48,238 nt of DNA from Octopus bimaculoides (taxonomy: Eukaryota): NCBI RefSeq assembly GCF_001194135.2, contig NC_068988.1, positions 67,325,361-67,373,598 of the forward strand, written 5' to 3'. The first letter of the stretch is position 1. Each line of letters starts with the position of its first letter. A program made the position numbers and the translations under genes. Below, one piece after another: positions 1 to 12,392 of this stretch. The notes under the pieces were generated by a model. It searched no databases and was not told the DNA's origin. It saw nothing but the letters and a program-made list of their open reading frames with translations.

Positions 1-159
1 TATATATATACCATTTATTATATTCCAATTGAACCCGACTCATCCTTTTCCAAATTAGTTTATTTTCAAATTTTTCATGCCATTCTATAGTCTATACTGT
101 TTTATATATATATCTCTCTCTCTCCTCTTTCTCTTTTTTCTCTTTCTCTCTCTCGTTTT

Positions 160-540
160 TCACACGTGACCATCGTCCATATTTCTTTTCCTAAGGTGAT
201 ATCTTTCTTTTCTTGCACGGACTCTTAAACGAACGGACGTGTTTTTCTATCTCTTTTCTATCTTTTCTCTTTTCAAAAGAATGTTCTCACAGCCTTCACT
301 ATTTTCTTCTTCTGGTCTAACGACTCACCATGTTTATTTTTGCTCGGTTTCCTTGTATGTCTCCACTGTCATATTATTGTTTGCAAATTTGACCCTTCAT
401 AAATCCTAAATTTTATTTTGGAATTTATGGGAGTAACCGTCTTTGAGGACTCATTGTAGGTCGCTAACTGCTCGAACTGAGGAGTAGATAGACAGCTGAC
501 AACAGATGAAGGGGTCTTTCTCTGTGTTAGCTTTCACTCT
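160..540 (+). repeat. Interspersed repeat, copy 1 of a family also at 33130-33640 (possibly Penelope-type terminal repeat)
   Basis: Shares ordered blocks with the reverse complement of 33130-33640: CACGTGACCATCG.CCAT, TTTGACCCT.C..AAATCC.A.AT.TTATTT, AG.AGA.A.ACAGCTGACAAC.GATGAAGGG. The Penelope assignment is inference only. Confidence 0.6.
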
Positions 541-544
541 GTAA

Positions 545-1060
545 ATTGAGTGTCTTATATACCACATCCGCCCTTGTTATTCCCCAACCTAGACATCATG
601 AATCTCTGTGTCACAATTGCTGACTTTTTAATCTCTTACAGCTTGGGGAAGAGATGTGATGCCATTCCTGAACTGAGCCTTCTTTATCAGATAATAACGA
701 TAAGGTCGTGTGTCTTCTGTCATTATGGTATCTATTGACTTCAAATCTTCCAGCAGGCCAGAACAGACTTCCAGCCTTTCTTTTTTCAAATCGCCTGTAA
801 GAAGCCGAAGTACCCACATCGCACATACTTTCCTATATCTCTCTGTAATTTATTGTAACAACATTCCACTTGCATAACAAGCACACGGAGTGCGACTCAT
901 CTGCCCGCACAAATCGGTTAGTCCACTAGATGATAATTCGAGTCAGTGATTACAAATGGCCTCCCATTGCATTATTTTAAATTCAATGCTGGCTCTCCAT
1001 TCTTGAACAATACACATCTGTATAGATTTATTTTGTTGTTGTTGGTGTCATCATCGCAAA
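545..1060 (-). mobile_element. Degraded Tc1/mariner transposase fragment
   Basis: Minus-strand frames read YRKVCAMWVLRLLT (mariner KVCARWVP.LL motif), then ..IDTIMTED.. (first catalytic D region, TGDE) and QEWHHISSPSCKRLKSQ (EW.H..SP..KKFK.Q). Frameshifted; no TIR found. Confidence 0.8.
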
Positions 1061-2489
1061 CAATCTTGTGTGGATGTCGGAAAGCCATGTCGTTTCCTTC
1101 GTCCAAATGTTGTTTCTTCTTCGAACCTATGACCTGCTTGAAATGAAAGAAGAAAGCATGAAGAAAATTTATTATAGTGGGAGCATTAAACTACCAACGT
1201 TTTCACTTTCAACGGCCTATCTCAGTTAATAAAGAAGTTATACCCATTTTTGCATTACTTTCTGTACAACTCGCATTGATACACATACACAAATATATAT
1301 ATTGATGTGTATATTTGTATCTCACCATGCATGAATATGTAGTACATATGCAAGCTTATGTTTACGCGTGTGCGTGTGCTATTTATTTTCTCGATTATCC
1401 TGTATCATGATATTCACGAGAGATAAAGCAATTTCTGCAAAAGAAAAAAAAAACATTACGTTATAGATATCTACCAGATCGCGAAGACAGAATTGGATGA
1501 TAAAGTTTATATACTACTTTGGAAACCTGAGAAGGTTAATAAAGTTTGGTAAAGGTAGCTTCCATGTCCATGATAAATAATAATCATTTTATGGAGATTG
1601 GGGTTTACTATAGGTTAATAATTGTTATTCATATGACAGAACTATTTAAGAAAATAGAATATAACGTAAACGTCCATAGCGAAGGCTCTATAGATGAAAG
1701 TAATAAAACATATTTAGCGAAACCTAATTCCAAATGTATGCCGATAAGAATGGATAATATAAATGAATATTTCCCTAATGTATAGAGTAAACAGTATGTC
1801 CATATCCTGTGAATCTATAAGAACTTCAAAATATTTCTTAAAGGAACTGAATACTTTGTCCCTATGCTACATAGTCAACAGTGGCAATAGAAGCTTTTAT
1901 TTTCCTGCATGATTAGCACGTGCAAAAATGTCATAATTTAACGATAACGAACGTTTATCTTTCTATATACCAGTTTAGAAGAACGGTCTCAGTTTGTAAC
2001 AGGTTAAGAATTCACTGATTAAGAATACATTACGATTCAGTTGATAGAAGTGTATGAATAATCGAAAGAGTATAGCAACTTAACAGTGGAGTTGCATTCA
2101 TCAGTTTTATACCGATATTGAGGACATATTGAAAATATTTACCCATCTTGCTCTAGTAATTCTCTATTATATTAAAAACGTGTGATGCTGTATGAACACT
2201 AGTCTTGTTCAGCCAGGGTTCCTACTAGCGCTAAGAGCTATGAACAATATTAAAAACACAAGATCTAAAAAGCAACAGTACAACAGCTGTAACAATAAAT
2301 CAGATTCATCACAACCGACCTGAAATTAAAATCTATAACAAGGGCAATAGATTTGATCTACCATTTTAACATGAGAAAAAACACCACCATCGACAATTGC
2401 AACTATATTGGGTCTATTGTCTGAACAACAACTACAAAATTTATTCTATGCTTTACCACACCTGACTTGGGACTAAACAACATCTACAA

Positions 2490-2700
2490 CGGCAATAATA
2501 ATGTTTTCAAATTTTAGTACAAGGCCAACAAATTTTAGTGGAAGAGTGTAGCCGATTATATTAGCAAATATAGCAAACTGGTGGCTGTTTTAACCACCTC
2601 GAAAAGGCGAAAGACAATGTCGACCTCGGCGGAATTTGAACACAGAAAGTAAGGTCGAAGGATGTACTTCCAAGCATTTTGCCTGCCAGCTAGGTGTTTT
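2490..2700 (-). mobile_element. Degraded SINE, family A
   Basis: Reverse-complement match to 27775-28010 (GTCGACCTCGGCGGAATTTGAAC.CAGAA, AAGCATTTTGCC). Confidence 0.7.
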
Positions 2701-3602
2701 CTAAACAAAAACAATGTAATTAAAAGCGACAAAACAAGGTTCGTTTTGCTGGTGTGTTCTAAGCTTAAATATCAACAATACTATTTGTGATTTAAGGGTA
2801 ACATAGGGTCAAACATCGACTACAACAAAATAGGTTTTCTTCATCAGAGTTGACCCGGGAACAAAGAACACGGAAAAGGCTCTGATTAATTAGAAAACTG
2901 AGGCGTTTCCTTCCTTGTTTCAAATTTATAATTAGGTGAAGTAGAGTGTTGCGCCTTATGAGATTGGTTATTAGCATAGAATTAAATTTATTGATTCCTA
3001 CCAATGTTTCTAATACTTCTTTCTATCATAAGTACAATCTAAACTAGTGTGGTTACACTAAAATTACGTAGTCTACACGACAAACAATATACGAAAACAA
3101 CTTAGAAAACAAGTCGAAAGTTGTACATCTGCATAAAACAATTGAATATAATATCTATATATCACGCAAGGTTTTAAAGCTCGTGAATTATAGTATATAG
3201 TTTATGACATACAGCGTTAGTATTTGTTTATGGCAGGAATAAATTTTTAAGTCCCACAAGAAATACGAATTATGGTACAAACCAGTGAAATGTGATATAT
3301 GTAATGTCTATCCCTATATACTTGCACACACATGGACACACACACACACACATTATTAATGTGTATGCTAGTACATTGCTTCTTTGCTTTTGTGTGTGTG
3401 TGTGTGTGTGTGTGTGCTCTAAAGTACTTTTAGAATATCAATTTTTATTATGGTTAGAGGAATATATATTTGCGGAAATTATTTTTTTCTCTCACCTTCA
3501 ATTCGTATTTCATTCTTTTGACATACGCACAAGAATAAATGCATATACCTGCATATAGATACGAACAATATAGGCGTACAATATAATAATAATGGAATAA
3601 TA

Positions 3603-3833
3603 AAGGCGGCGAGATGGCAGAAACCTTAGCACGCAGGGCGAAATGCTTAGCAGTATTTCGTCTGCCTTTACGTTCTTAGTTCAAATTCCGGCGAAGTTGG
3701 GTTTGCTTTTCATCCTTTCAGGGTCGATTAAATAAATACAAGTTACGCACTGGGGTCGATGTAATCGACTTAATCCTTTTGTCTGTCCTTGTTTGTCCCC
3801 TCTATGTTTAGCCCCCATGGGCTATAAAGAAAT
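3603..3833 (+). mobile_element. tRNA-derived SINE, family A
   Basis: Colinear with 27775-28010 from AAGGCGGCGAG.TGGCAGAA through GTTCAAATTCC (B-box-like) to AAAGAAAT; flanked by AAT repeats. Confidence 0.9.
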
Positions 3834-3879
3834 TAATAATAATAGTAATAATAATAATAATATTAATAATAATAATCAA

Positions 3880-3990
3880 CCTTTCTACTATAAGCACAGA
3901 GTCTGAATTATGCGGAGGGGGGGGGAGGGTACCAGACGATTACACCGATCCGAAAGGATGAAAAACATAGTCAACCTCTGCGAAATTTGT
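3880..3990 (-). mobile_element. Family A SINE fragment with internal G-run
   Basis: CCGAAAGGATGAAAAACATAGTCAACCTCTGCGAAATTTG is the reverse complement of the family A core. Confidence 0.5.
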
Positions 3991-4203
3991 ATAATAATAA
4001 TATTAATAATAATAATAAATAGAATTCTATATTTTTCTTTTTCACTTTTTTCTGCTTTCTGTTTTACCTTTTATTCTATCACATAACTTGACTATATAAA
4101 TGAACAATATGGTGTGTTATTTTAATGGCATATCAATGAAGAGAGTAAGTTGTTTGCCCTAGTTGTCCGGAAGATACTCGGCAACACATGGAAACAAAAT
4201 TGA

Positions 4204-4235
<32 letters not shown>

Positions 4236-4246
4236 TAACGATAAAT

Positions 4247-4375
4247 ACCCTGATGCAATACCAGTTATAGGCTCTCATGACTTCTGATCTTTACTTATTG
4301 GAAGTGTTATCATGTAGATGCTTTTTCTGTGTGTAAAAAAAATCGGCTGCAACAAATATTCTCCTCAACGACGAA
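4247..4375 (+). mobile_element. 5' part of the ~550-bp Dong-associated short element
   Basis: CCCTGATGCAATACCAG...GGAAGTGTTATCATGTA matches the start of 13064-13626; follows (AAT)n and is cut by a (GAT)n tract. Confidence 0.75.
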
Positions 4376-4559
4376 GATGATGATGCTGATAATGATGACG
4401 TTGATGATGATAAGGATAATGATGATAATGATGATGATGATGATGATGATCATGATCATGATCATGACATCGACGACGATGAACATGATAATATCATCTT
4501 CATCGAAAAGTGCATGACCTTGTCTCAAATGGAAGTGAATCAGTTCTCATAATTTTCAC

Positions 4560-6050
4560 GATTTCGGAAAAAAGTTTAGATGCTTAGTAGAAAACGCAGT
4601 AAGACACTGCATAAACCAATGAAAATCACGAGCTGAAAGATTATCAGAGACAAATTCAGAAGAGTAACCTTTAAAGAAGATAGCCAATCTCCCATCGTGG
4701 TTATAATTGCAGTAGGTTCTTTCTCTGAAAAGTTATTCATCAGGAAAATATTATGGAAAAAGTAAACCATCTCTTATCTATAAATGATTTTAAAAATTCT
4801 GACAAAAAGAAGATGCGGCTGGACTTCTTAGTGGAAGCTGAAATTATATTTAGTATCGTCACTTGTTTGACTTAAAGGACTGAGAAGTGTGCTTTGACGG
4901 ACACTAAAGGCTTGCCTAATACTGAGAACATAAGAACTTTGAAATATTTATGAGTACTGGAAAACGACAATAGCAAGAAGATAGAAAGAAGGACGCTCAT
5001 AATGTAAAATAGTGTGAAGAATGCAACTTTGAAAATCTTAATTGAATGCTGGTTTACACCATACAAAATATTAATCTGAGTGTAGTATCACTAATGAAGT
5101 ATACAGCAAGAATTTTAGAGAAGAAAATATATGATGTGAAGGAAATATTTAAGAGAATGAGAATGCAACGCAAGATGCATAAAAGAACGGATCCATAATG
5201 AAATGTGCACTGGTTATACTGGACGCGAGCAGGAGGTACGAAAAACATTAAGGAGTACCAATGAGTGGTAGAACTAGAGTAAAGTCTAACGTCCTAGCTG
5301 CAAGAGAAAGAAGGAACAGTACTTAAGGGAGGTAATGCATAAAGTGTGATTCACAGAATGTATAGAATCTCATAAAGCAAAATAAAAACGTGACGGAAAG
5401 AGGCAATAAATCTTTGAAGAAGAGACGCTTCAATCAGCGCTTTTCAAAAACCCAAGAGGTGTAAGGAAGGGCAATGAAAGCAAGCTATAGCTAAAGAAAG
5501 AAATATTGAAGAGAGAGCGGAAACGATTTGGCAAAAGAAGAATTTACTCTCAGAATAAATTGAATCAAGAGGATAATAGATCAACGAGACTGTTTTCCCA
5601 AATGTAAATTGTTCAATAATTCAGATAAAAGTATAATATACAGTGTATTGGACTGTCCGCTGCTAATACACAATGAATACAAAATTACAAATGAATGATA
5701 AGATTGCTGCAATAATTCAAGGGAGCTTTTGCAAGAAAATTTTGCATTTATAGGCACGGCAAAAAGGTTTTAACCATTTGTGGTTACATAAATGCAAGCC
5801 CGTCAAAATAATTATATAAATTGAAAGAAGAATATAACATAACATGCGAAAACTTTTAGCCGTCGCCAAGAGGAAAATGTGCACAATAATCGTGGGGGTA
5901 CGATCATTCGGATTTAGAGTAAAAGTAAAAGAAATAAACAAAATGAAACAATAGTATATTACAACAAGACGAAGCATGGGATACTCAAGTACTGGAACAG
6001 ACAAGTTGTCACGATTGTGACTGTGACTATCACTATTGGAAAATAATGAT
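4560..6050 (+). mobile_element. Old, heavily degraded R4/Dong-clade non-LTR retrotransposon (RT C-terminus, CCHC, RLE)
   Basis: Broken frames give KYL*VLEND, VVSLMKYTA, LYWTRAGG (cf. RLY..R..GGRG), PKCKLF..SII..VLDCPLL..NEYK..DKIAAII (CCHC) and an IIV..DH...RVKVKE..K.KQY RLE-like segment. Confidence 0.65.
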
Positions 6051-6216
6051 GAAGAGGTTTAACAGGATCAGCAAGAATTATCTGGAAAGAACGCATTAAA
6101 ATTTAAGAAATAAGAGAGAAAAATAACTTTCATTCTGAAGGTCCAAAAATAAAATGTTTTTCATTTTAGACAACAAGCAGTAGTCCATTAGAATACATAA
6201 TAAACCCGATCATAAT

Positions 6217-6238
6217 TGATTAATTAATTAATTAATTA

Positions 6239-6330
<92 letters not shown>
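6217..6330. repeat. (TTAA)n-(TTA)n-(TAA)n compound microsatellite forming an AT-only palindrome
   Basis: The (TTA)n run switches to (TAA)n at 6292/6293. Confidence 0.95.
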
Positions 6331-6332
<2 letters not shown>

Positions 6333-6457
6333 CTTGGAACCGCTCGAATACTCCGGAAGGTGCTCGATAAATAAGAGGTGTTACCTTAGTTCACTGGTAG
6401 TGAACAGCTGACACCGTAGTACATATCCAGCGTTAGAAGCTGTGCAAGGGCAATGTT
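6331..6457 (+). mobile_element. Severely 5'-truncated R4/Dong 3' end
   Basis: Reads LGTARILRKVLDK* (typical R4/Dong ORF C-terminus LGTA.ILR..L), then a short 3' UTR ending in (AAT)n; also preceded by (TAA)n. Confidence 0.8.
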
Positions 6458-6574
6458 AATAATAATGATAATGATGATTATGATGATGATGGTGATGATG
6501 ATGATGATGATGATGATGATGGTGATGATGATGTTAATAATAATGATAATAATAATAATAATAATAATAATAAT

Positions 6575-7690
6575 GTGCGTATTTTCTCAAATGATGTACG
6601 TATGGAATTTGGGTTTCAAAAAGTTCGTAATATTAATAATGAAATGAAGAAATTTTGAAGGAAGCCAAGGAGTTGAAATGCCAAATGTAAAACAATGAAA
6701 TCAGCTGAGAAACGACAGTGGTATAAGTATTTGGGAATACTGGAAGCAGATGAAACAAGACATGAAGAAATGAATCAAATTACAAGGAAAGAGTATGCAA
6801 GGAAAGTGAGAAAGATATTACTGTCGAAGTTGAATTAAAAAAAATATTGTTGAAGCAATAAATACAAGAGCAGTACCGCTAATCAAATATAGAGATGGAA
6901 TTGTAGATTGGACTGAAAGCGACAAACAGAAACTTGACAGAAACAACTAGAAAGCTATTGACAATGTATGGAGCTCATCATCCGAAAGCTGATATCAAAC
7001 GGTTGTAATGGAAGAAAGACCTGGCTGGAAAGTAGCTGAATTGCTTGGAAGAGTGTGGACAGATGGAAAGAAAAAAGCTACTAGATTATTTACAGAAGAG
7101 CACAGAGAAATTGCTATCGGCGATAGATGTAGAACGGCTTATCAAGTGTGGAATAGGAGAAAAAAGAATGAAATTCTAAGAGTCCATGTTAAGCAAATTG
7201 AAAAAAATCCTATGCGTGGTCAGTTTTGAAAAGTCACTGAGAATATATGTGGAACAAAGACCTGGGCTTGTTTGAGAAAAGTGCAAGGAAAAAACAAACA
7301 GAGCTTTATCATACCAGCCCAAGATCAAACGTTTAAAAAAAAAACTTGAGAAATTATGTGTATGTCACACATTGTTGCAGAATATCCGGAGTCGACTCAG
7401 GAATAATACAAGAAATGGAGGTATGGCCAGGTTGTAAAACTTTTGTCCTATAAGCTTTTTTTGAGATATAAGGACTTGGAAGCAGAAGGGCCTGGTGTGA
7501 TCATCGGGTTGAAAGAGTGCTTGAGTTGGAGGAATACAAGATCTTATGGGATTTTCCAATTCAGAGAAGAACCTACAAAATGATAAACCAAGCATAACAA
7601 TAGCACTTGGCAAAAAAAAAAAAAAGATTTTTTTGGCGATAGGAGAATCAAGGGAGTGATCGTGTGGCGTGTTATGGTTTTCAAGTGAAT
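6575..7690 (+). mobile_element. R4/Dong-clade retrotransposon fragment (RT thumb to RLE)
   Basis: FSNDVRMEFGFKK, YKYLGILEADE, KEYARKVRKILLSKLN, AINTRAVPLIKY, TMYGAHHPKADIKRL and KILWDFPIQ in frameshifted plus frames; begins right after a (GAT)/(AAT) tract. Confidence 0.85.
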
Positions 7691-7699
7691 CATGTGAGA

Positions 7700-8099
7700 G
7701 AAGAAAAGGGACAGTTGTCAAAGTCATGTGGTACCGGTTTGCGAGCAGACTTACAACCTGCATACACAATTTTTGCTTTGGTTTTTCTTTGAGAAACCTC
7801 TAGTCATACAAAAGTAACAATCAGAGACATGATTGGTTGGCTTACCCCATACTTTTGGCATAGCAACAGGCATTCCCTTCTGTTTTTCATTCAGCCACTG
7901 TGTAAGCCCTGAGTAACACACAGTGCAGCATATGTGAGGTGCACATCTCGTCTTGGTCCCCAACTCTACACCCGAGATAATATTTAAAGGCAGTTTTTAA
8001 TTTAGTGGCATGCTAATTCCGCTGGTCACGCGGAGCAAATTTTCAACAGACATAACACAAGTTGCCTGGGGGATTCACGCAGCCTCTACTATTCTTCAT
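7700..8099 (-). mobile_element. Chapaev3-like (CMC group) DNA transposase N-terminal fragment
   Basis: From ATG at 8099: MKNSRGCVN..NLCYVC*KF...YYLGCRVGDQD-(fs)-CAPHICCTVC...QWLN...MPVAMPKVWGKPTNHVSDCYFC..GFSKK-(fs)-KIVYAGCKSARKPVPHD. This matches the GDQDK.WAPH.CC / PMVWREP.NH..DCYFC / RPVPH motif series. The family name is from recall. Confidence 0.7.
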
Positions 8100-8327
8100 C
8101 TAACACAAAGAACACGGTTCAAACAGTAATCACGCATATCGAGATTTACACATACCACACGTGACGGCAGCGCAAACGACACTCAGAGTTACCAAGAACA
8201 AACGGATGCACACTATCCGTCAGCGGCATCTATTGCTAAACTAAATAATGAACTTTCTGATCGTTTGTTTTATTGTTGTTATTTCTTTAATTTTGAATTA
8301 AGACTGCTTTCATTTTTTCAGATTTTG

Positions 8328-8668
8328 TTGTTGGCACTCCGTCGCTTACGACGTCGAGGGTTCCAGTTGATCCGATCAACGGAACAGCCTGCTCGTAAAA
8401 TAAATGTGCAAGTGGATGAGCACTCCACAGACACGTGTAACCTTAACGTAGTTCTCGGGGATATTCAGCACAACAGAAACAGGAAGTAAGAGTGAGAGAA
8501 AGTTGTGGTGGATGAGTACAGCAGGGTTCGCCACCATCTCCTGCCGGAGCCTCGTGGAGCTATAAGTGTTTTCGCTCAATAAACACTCACAACGCCCGGT
8601 CTGGGAATCGAAACCGAGATCCTATGACCGCGAGTCCGCTGCCCTAACCACTGGGCCATTGCGCCTCC
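8328..8668 (-). mobile_element. tRNA-derived SINE, family B, with 40-bp internal deletion
   Basis: Minus-strand head GGAGGCGCAATGGCCCAGTGGTTAGGGCAGCGGACTCGCGG...GGTTTCGATTCCC carries Pol III A/B boxes; near-identical to 25950-26328 and 38492-38859. Confidence 0.95.
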
Positions 8669-8829
8669 TTTCAGATTTTATAATGCGGCCTATATCTAGC
8701 CTAAAGTATAGCTATAATTTTGCACAAGCGCATACCTGGAGATCCTCACATGCTAGAACAATTTAGAGTGTGGATTCGGAATCAGCATCCTAGATTTAGA
8801 TTAAAACACATGCTTTTACCCCAATAGAA

Positions 8830-9245
8830 AACATTTTGTTGTCGAGTGCAACAGACAAGAATAAGCGAAGTTGCCTACTAATTTTTTCATCAGGCCTATT
8901 TGTTTTTAAGATTGTAAAAAACGAAGAAGAAAAGTGAAAAATACATCTCTTAAGATTTTAAATTGCGAGATTTTGGAGTATGAAACATGGAAAGGTTGTA
9001 CCTGTATTAACTGGTGCATTAGGAACTATGAATATCGATATGGACAAATGGTTGAAGGAGATTGGAGTAGAATGTAGAGCTTCTAGAGAAAATTTGCCTC
9101 TTGAGGACAGAAAAAAATTATCAGAAAGATTTTAAGAACTTTAACATCATTGAAAGTTTCTGGATATCCAAGTTTACAGATAATAACACGCTACCTACAT
9201 AAATTCTACGAGGAATAAGAACGAAGCTGAATCAAACTGAATAAC
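8830..9245 (+). mobile_element. R4/Dong 3' end (RLE domain and 3' UTR)
   Basis: Reads ..KIARFWSMK..KVVPVLTGALGTMNIDMDKWLKEIGVEC (cf. V.VVP.VIGALG); ends in AATAACAATAATAA. Confidence 0.75.
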
Positions 9246-9254
9246 AATAATAAG

Positions 9255-9450
9255 TGTTTCTAATTTAGCAACAAGGTCTATATTTTTACAGGAGAAGACT
9301 AACCGACACAAAATACGTAAGAACTTCATTGCTACATTACTTTAGCGACCCTGATTATGCAAATTTGGATTTGATGGGATTTAAACTCAGAACGCAAATA
9401 GATATATCTATATGCACAAGGCATTTCATTCTATGCTGTAACCATTGAGC
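9255..9450 (-). mobile_element. Highly degraded family A SINE
   Basis: GGGATTTAAACTCAGAACGC...AAGGCATTTC resembles the reverse complement of the family A head. Confidence 0.45.
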
Positions 9451-10385
9451 AACTTGATCGTCACATGACGACGACGACGACGATGATGGTGATAATAATA
9501 ATAATAATAACATGCTTAAAACGTGCATTCTTGCTTGAAATGACATGAATATGCAAAATCATAAGAGGCTTATCCACACACCGCGTGCACACATTGGCTG
9601 CGCAGGTATTAACAAGGAAAACATGTGTATGAGTAATTGTTTATATGCTTGCACAGCTAATTGCACGTAGGTTACTGGAAAATAGGTGGCATGTGTATGG
9701 AATAGTGAGATGGATTATCGATTGAATTATTGAATCAATAAAAATAAAGGAAAGGATGAAAGGGTGAAGATGTGTGAGTGAAAGTCTGAAATAAGCACAA
9801 CACTAATGTCTTTGCTACCACGACCAAAACCACCATAACGTCCATACGATATTAGTTTACAAACAAATTATTAATGTCTCTATGTGTATATTTGAAGTTA
9901 CTTGCCTGACTTGTACCCAATGACATTCTATATTTTTTACCGACGACTGAAAAAAACTCTGATTGTCTTACTCAACATAATCAGCATTACAGCTCCTATT
10001 ACCACTAGTATAATCATCATCACTACTGTTGCCAACATCACGCATGTTATCTTTATCACTAAAACCAATTTTATATAACAGTATCTAAGACCACCATCGC
10101 TTCCACAATCATAATCCTCTTCCCGAACATACTCGACTTTAACAATAACTTTATAAACATCGACACAGCAATATTTTTAGACACATCACTATCATGGCCA
10201 CCAAAGTCTGTACTAACTTATCTGCTGTATTGTACCGAACCTATTGAAATAATATGATAAGAATTTCTGTTCTTCAAAATCTTTGTAACAGTGAAAGCAT
10301 TTCTACTTATCACTTAGGATGCATCAAGCTCTCGTTGCGTAAGCATCTACTTGACCGCCTTCCTTTCATCCTTTGATATACTCAA

Positions 10386-10386
<1 letters not shown>

Positions 10387-10421
<35 letters not shown>

Positions 10422-10520
10422 GTCTGTCTGTCTGTCTGTCTGCCTGTCTGCCTGTCTGTCTATTTATTTATCTATCTATCTATCTGTGTGTCTATTTATC
10501 TAGCTATCTATCTAGCTATC
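10387..10520. repeat. (CTAT)n/(CTGT)n tetranucleotide microsatellite
   Basis: Direct read. Confidence 0.95.
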
Positions 10521-10619
10521 ATTAAACGCACACCTCCCACACACACAAGCACAAACACACACACACACTCGCATAAACATACCCCCCCCACACACACACG
10601 TGCAATAATATAAAAGCAG

Positions 10620-12392
10620 GCAACGCGGGAAAAAGAATTGTGATAAATAAGGTATTGGCTTAACGCTTTAATTGAAAGAGAAAATGCCTTGACATTTCAA
10701 ACTTTAGTTTTACATCAGAACAAATAAATAAATAAATAAATAAATAAAAACGATGTACAAATGGAGGGTGGAGAAGAACTAGAGAAAAACAAAAACTGGA
10801 GAAAAATAAAAAGACGAAAACAATGTAATGATGGTTAAAAATTAAGTAACAACGCCATCTTATGAAATGACTTAAGTTAGGCAGAGATAAGTGTATAAGA
10901 ATGCATTGGTGCCTGGAAATGGGCTAAATGTGTAGATGTGTTCGTATTACTGTTATGTATATGTGTATGACGATCTATGAGTGTATAAACATAGTGTCAT
11001 ACGTCAGCAGGATATGGAATGTTGTGTATATAGTCGTCCGGTGGACAGTTTGAAAACGTGTCTAAGAAGAGGTGAACGAGATGAGTAATTAATTTTATTT
11101 TGGCGTATGGGATAGTATAAAGAAGCCAAAACGTATATTGATGCGTGCACAAGAGTATAACAAATGTACATATGATTATGAAAACATTTGCTAATTAGCA
11201 GTGGATATTGAATTTGAAAATGATTCTGAGATGAGAAGAAAAGACTTTGAAATTGTAGTAAAATCCACAGAAGAGAAGGAATGAAATACTGTGATGAAGA
11301 AGCTAGTAAATATTTCGAGAAAACAGAATAACTGTGATGAGCAGATAAAGCCCATGGAGTAACGCACTGGGTGGAGAAAGAAGATGGCGAAGAGAACAAA
11401 TTATGACTTTTCTAGAAGGGGACAACTAGAGGAGAAAAACAGCGTGAGAAGTAATGTGTACGGGTGCGCGTGTGTGGATGTGTGTTAGTAAAACTTCCAA
11501 ATGGAAATATGAATACCGAAATGCAGAAGTAAGTATTTGTAAGTTATGTAAGTGAAGACGTGTAGATATGGTGAGAGAAGACGAGCTTCTGTTCTGCTTG
11601 ATCGCGATGCCTTTGATGTTTCAGGCCAAACCGATTATATGGAAATTTTGGTCGGAGTAGCCAGCTTGGTGATCACGAGGAGGCATAGGCAACGATTTGC
11701 AAATTAGATAATTTGAAGCCCCACACAAGCCTGTCGGAAGATTGTAGCGCATTATAAGGTTGTTAGTCGTGCATTGGATGGACAATCCAGTGTGGACAAT
11801 ACAGTGTTGAGTTCCAACGCGAGTTGTGTTTTGAAAAATAAAGAGGTATGGCTGCAGTAATTACATCAGGGAAGATTTCATTGTAAGGTGATGGGGGCGG
11901 TGTGGTGTAGGTTACAAGTGCGCTTGGGAGGGAAGCTAAGAAACAAAAGAAAGTCAAACTGTCAAGCTGTTGGCGACAAAAGAGGCAGCTTGCTGAAATG
12001 GTACGTGAGGAGAAACGAAATGGGGGAAGAATGGATTCGGGATAAGAGTTTAACGGCTGAAATTTTTCAATGGCAGGGGCATAGAAAACTGAGAGTTTAA
12101 CAGCCTCCAGTAAGGAGACAGGCAACATGTTGAGCCTCAGTCTGAAAGTCATGGTTGTAGGTACAGCTGAAGATACGGAAAAGGCGGAGAAACTAGGAAT
12201 AGTGGGTATGTACTTGGCGTGAGGTGGGGCTGAAAGGGTTTGCACAAAACATATGTAGAGACAGTAAGTATGGAATGGTCGAATAACGGATGAGTAAAAG
12301 GAGTTTATGGAAGATATGAAGGAATCTATGTTTGCAGGAGAGAGATGCGGCCCCGAAACCAATCGGGAGGGATTTGATAAAGGATATACAAA
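10620..12392 (-). mobile_element. Degraded Penelope-like retroelement
   Basis: Minus frames give IQCTTNNLI and GLKHQRHRDQAEQKLVF (GIY-YIG C-terminal R...EQ.LIF signature) near 11570-11780. These are flanked by ORF-like segments (HRFLHIFHKL, TFRLRLNMLPVSL) and a degenerate hammerhead-like motif at 10691-10718. Confidence 0.55.

Noticed and set aside
8596-8668. tRNA gene-like sequence (also at 26256-26328, 38800-38859 and 45157-45230)
   Set aside because: These are SINE heads fused to non-tRNA bodies, with no complete cloverleaf.
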